A DNA stretch of 63,663 bases, counting the filler, from Octopus bimaculoides (Eukaryota): the NCBI RefSeq assembly GCF_001194135.2. It is 5 parts of 4 records of this genome, joined end to end, with 100 filler letters (N's around TTAATTAATTAA, not from the genome) between each part and the next. Parts side by side here need not be neighbours in the genome. Positions count along the whole stretch, not along the records: positions 61,524 to 63,663 come from NW_026342535.1; 4 more parts are not named here. One strand, given 5' to 3'. Shown one piece after another: positions 62,215-63,663 of this stretch (position 1 is its first letter; each line of letters opens with the position of its first letter). Both the position numbers and the translations under genes were made by a program. The notes beneath the pieces are model-generated. The model worked only from the letters and a program-made list of their open reading frames with translations, was not told where the DNA came from and made no database searches.

Positions 62215-62587
62215 CTTTAATTTTCAAAATCTTTTATTTGATATTAATTGGTCGAAGGAGAGGTTTTCTTCTGGCTGCTCGTCCGCAATACCCAAGCTTA
62301 TGCAGATATGTAAGACACATTCTTGGACTGGCTTCTAGCTGTTTTGCAATGTCAGAAGCCTTCAAACGGGGCTCGTTTTCCACAATTGTCTTCAAACAGC
62401 AAAGCTTTCTTTCTGGGGGCCCAGGTCGGCCAGGACGGGTATGTTGATTCTTTTCCTTGGTCTTTGAATTGCACTATAACTCTTTTAACAGTAGCAAGAG
62501 GAATTTGAAGATTTTCAGCAATTTTTCGTTCGCTAAGACCACTTTGAAAATCTGACAGTTCTGCTGAATTTTTTTTGTGCGTGGCAT
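62215..62587 (-). mobile_element. Tc1 transposase N-terminal fragment
   Basis: MPRTKK...SGLSERKIAENLQIPLATVKRVIVQFK...RPGRP...LHKLGYCGRAARRKPLL, frameshifted and truncated. Confidence 0.82.
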
Positions 62588-62630
62588 GGTTACTCTTCGC
62601 AAATGTTTAATATAATGGCACCTGGAATAT

Positions 62631-62820
62631 TTACATTTACATTTGATTGATATTTGTCCTCATCTCGCTTGGTGTTAACACAACGTTTCGGCTGATTATA
62701 CCCTCCAGCCTTCATCAGGAGTCTTGGAGAAATTTCGAACCTGGGTTCTCATTCCTAAGGTATTTTTCGATGTTATTATTATTATTATTATTATTNNNNN
62801 NNNNNTAAGGTATTTTTCGA

Positions 62821-62864
<44 letters not shown>

Positions 62865-62928
62865 TCACTACCTGGAATCGAACTTGGAATTTTGGGGTTA
62901 GTAGCCCGCGCTCTTAACCACTACGCCT
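62631..62928 (-). mobile_element. tRNA-headed SINE with Penelope-type tail (left, minus copy)
   Basis: Head ggcgtagtggttaagagcgcggg, B box agttcgattcc, (AAT)n spacer, tail with ctgatgaaggctg...cagccgaaacgttgtg. Confidence 0.85.
62677..62723 (-). ncRNA. Minimal type-I hammerhead ribozyme motif
   Basis: gactc CTGATGA a ggctg (11-nt loop) cagcc GAAA cg t t gtgt: core boxes intact, 5-bp helix II, palindromic AACGTT helix III, predicted GUU cleavage triplet. Confidence 0.6.
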
Positions 62929-62937
62929 ACGCGCATA

Positions 62938-63002
62938 AGGCGTAGTGGTTAAGAGTGCGGGCTACCAAGCTCAAGATTCCGAGTTCGATTCCAGGCTGTG
63001 AT

Positions 63003-63085
<83 letters not shown>

Positions 63086-63240
63086 TAACAACAACAACAT
63101 TGAAAAATACCTTAGGGATGAGAACCCAGGTTCGAAATTTCCTCAAGACACCTGATGAAGGCTGGAGGGTATATCAACCGAAACATTGTGTTAACAACAA
63201 ACAAGATGAGGACATATATCCGTCAATTGTAAATAATGTA
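62938..63240 (+). mobile_element. tRNA-headed SINE with Penelope-type tail (right, plus copy)
   Basis: Inverted copy of 62631-62928, separated by a 9-nt spacer. Confidence 0.85.
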
Positions 63241-63346
63241 AATAATGAACTTATCTAAGTATCTAATTATACATACATATACAAATATATATGCATATAC
63301 ATACATATATACATACATATACATACATATATACATATACATATAC

Positions 63347-63402
<56 letters not shown>

Positions 63403-63663
63403 ACTTGGGGATGGTCATATTGCTAGTTTAGCTAATAAAAACACNNNNNNNNNNATTTGCTTCAGCTTTATATTACATTATATTACATTAATCCTATTTC
63501 GGCCAGAGTTCTTTCGTCACACTTCTGTGACCTCATCAGTGGTCCTTTGTTTCCTTCTTTCTTATGTGTGTCTCACCTTGCTAACTATCAGCCATTTCGT
63601 ATTTATACAATAGCAATAAATACAAAATGGCTGATAGTTAGCAAGGTGAGACACACATAAGAA

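Overview
AT-rich animal genomic DNA, very dense in repeats, with many N gaps. The tRNA-SINE families and microsatellite load suggest an octopus/coleoid cephalopod; this is inferred from the repeat landscape, not shown. Four N-TTAATTAATTAA-N linkers split the window into five assembly blocks (1-22921, 23022-42358, 42459-56996, 57097-61423, 61524-63663), so contiguity across them is not assured. The one clearly identifiable gene is a minus-strand BBS5 (Bardet-Biedl syndrome 5, BBSome) homolog. I located nine coding exons by hand between 21469 and 5539, all with GT-AG signals and compatible phases (about 270 aa); the exons equivalent to human exons 1-3 were not found. The protein is unexpectedly divergent (about 45% identity to human BBS5, estimated by eye from memory), and one intron holds a perfect RFX X-box. 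The rest is decayed transposons (Tx1/L1, RTE, CR1/L2-like and Penelope-like retroelements; mariner, Tc1, hAT, Helitron; MITEs), several SINE families, simple repeats and a few orphan exon or promoter candidates. Most notable non-gene observations: a head-to-head pair of tRNA-headed SINEs carrying a Penelope-type minimal hammerhead ribozyme motif; a Helitron remnant next to a TTAGGG/TTTAGCG composite satellite; a telomere-like insertion inside a Tc1 transposase ORF; and Tx1 copies with junctions in (ATT)n tracts.
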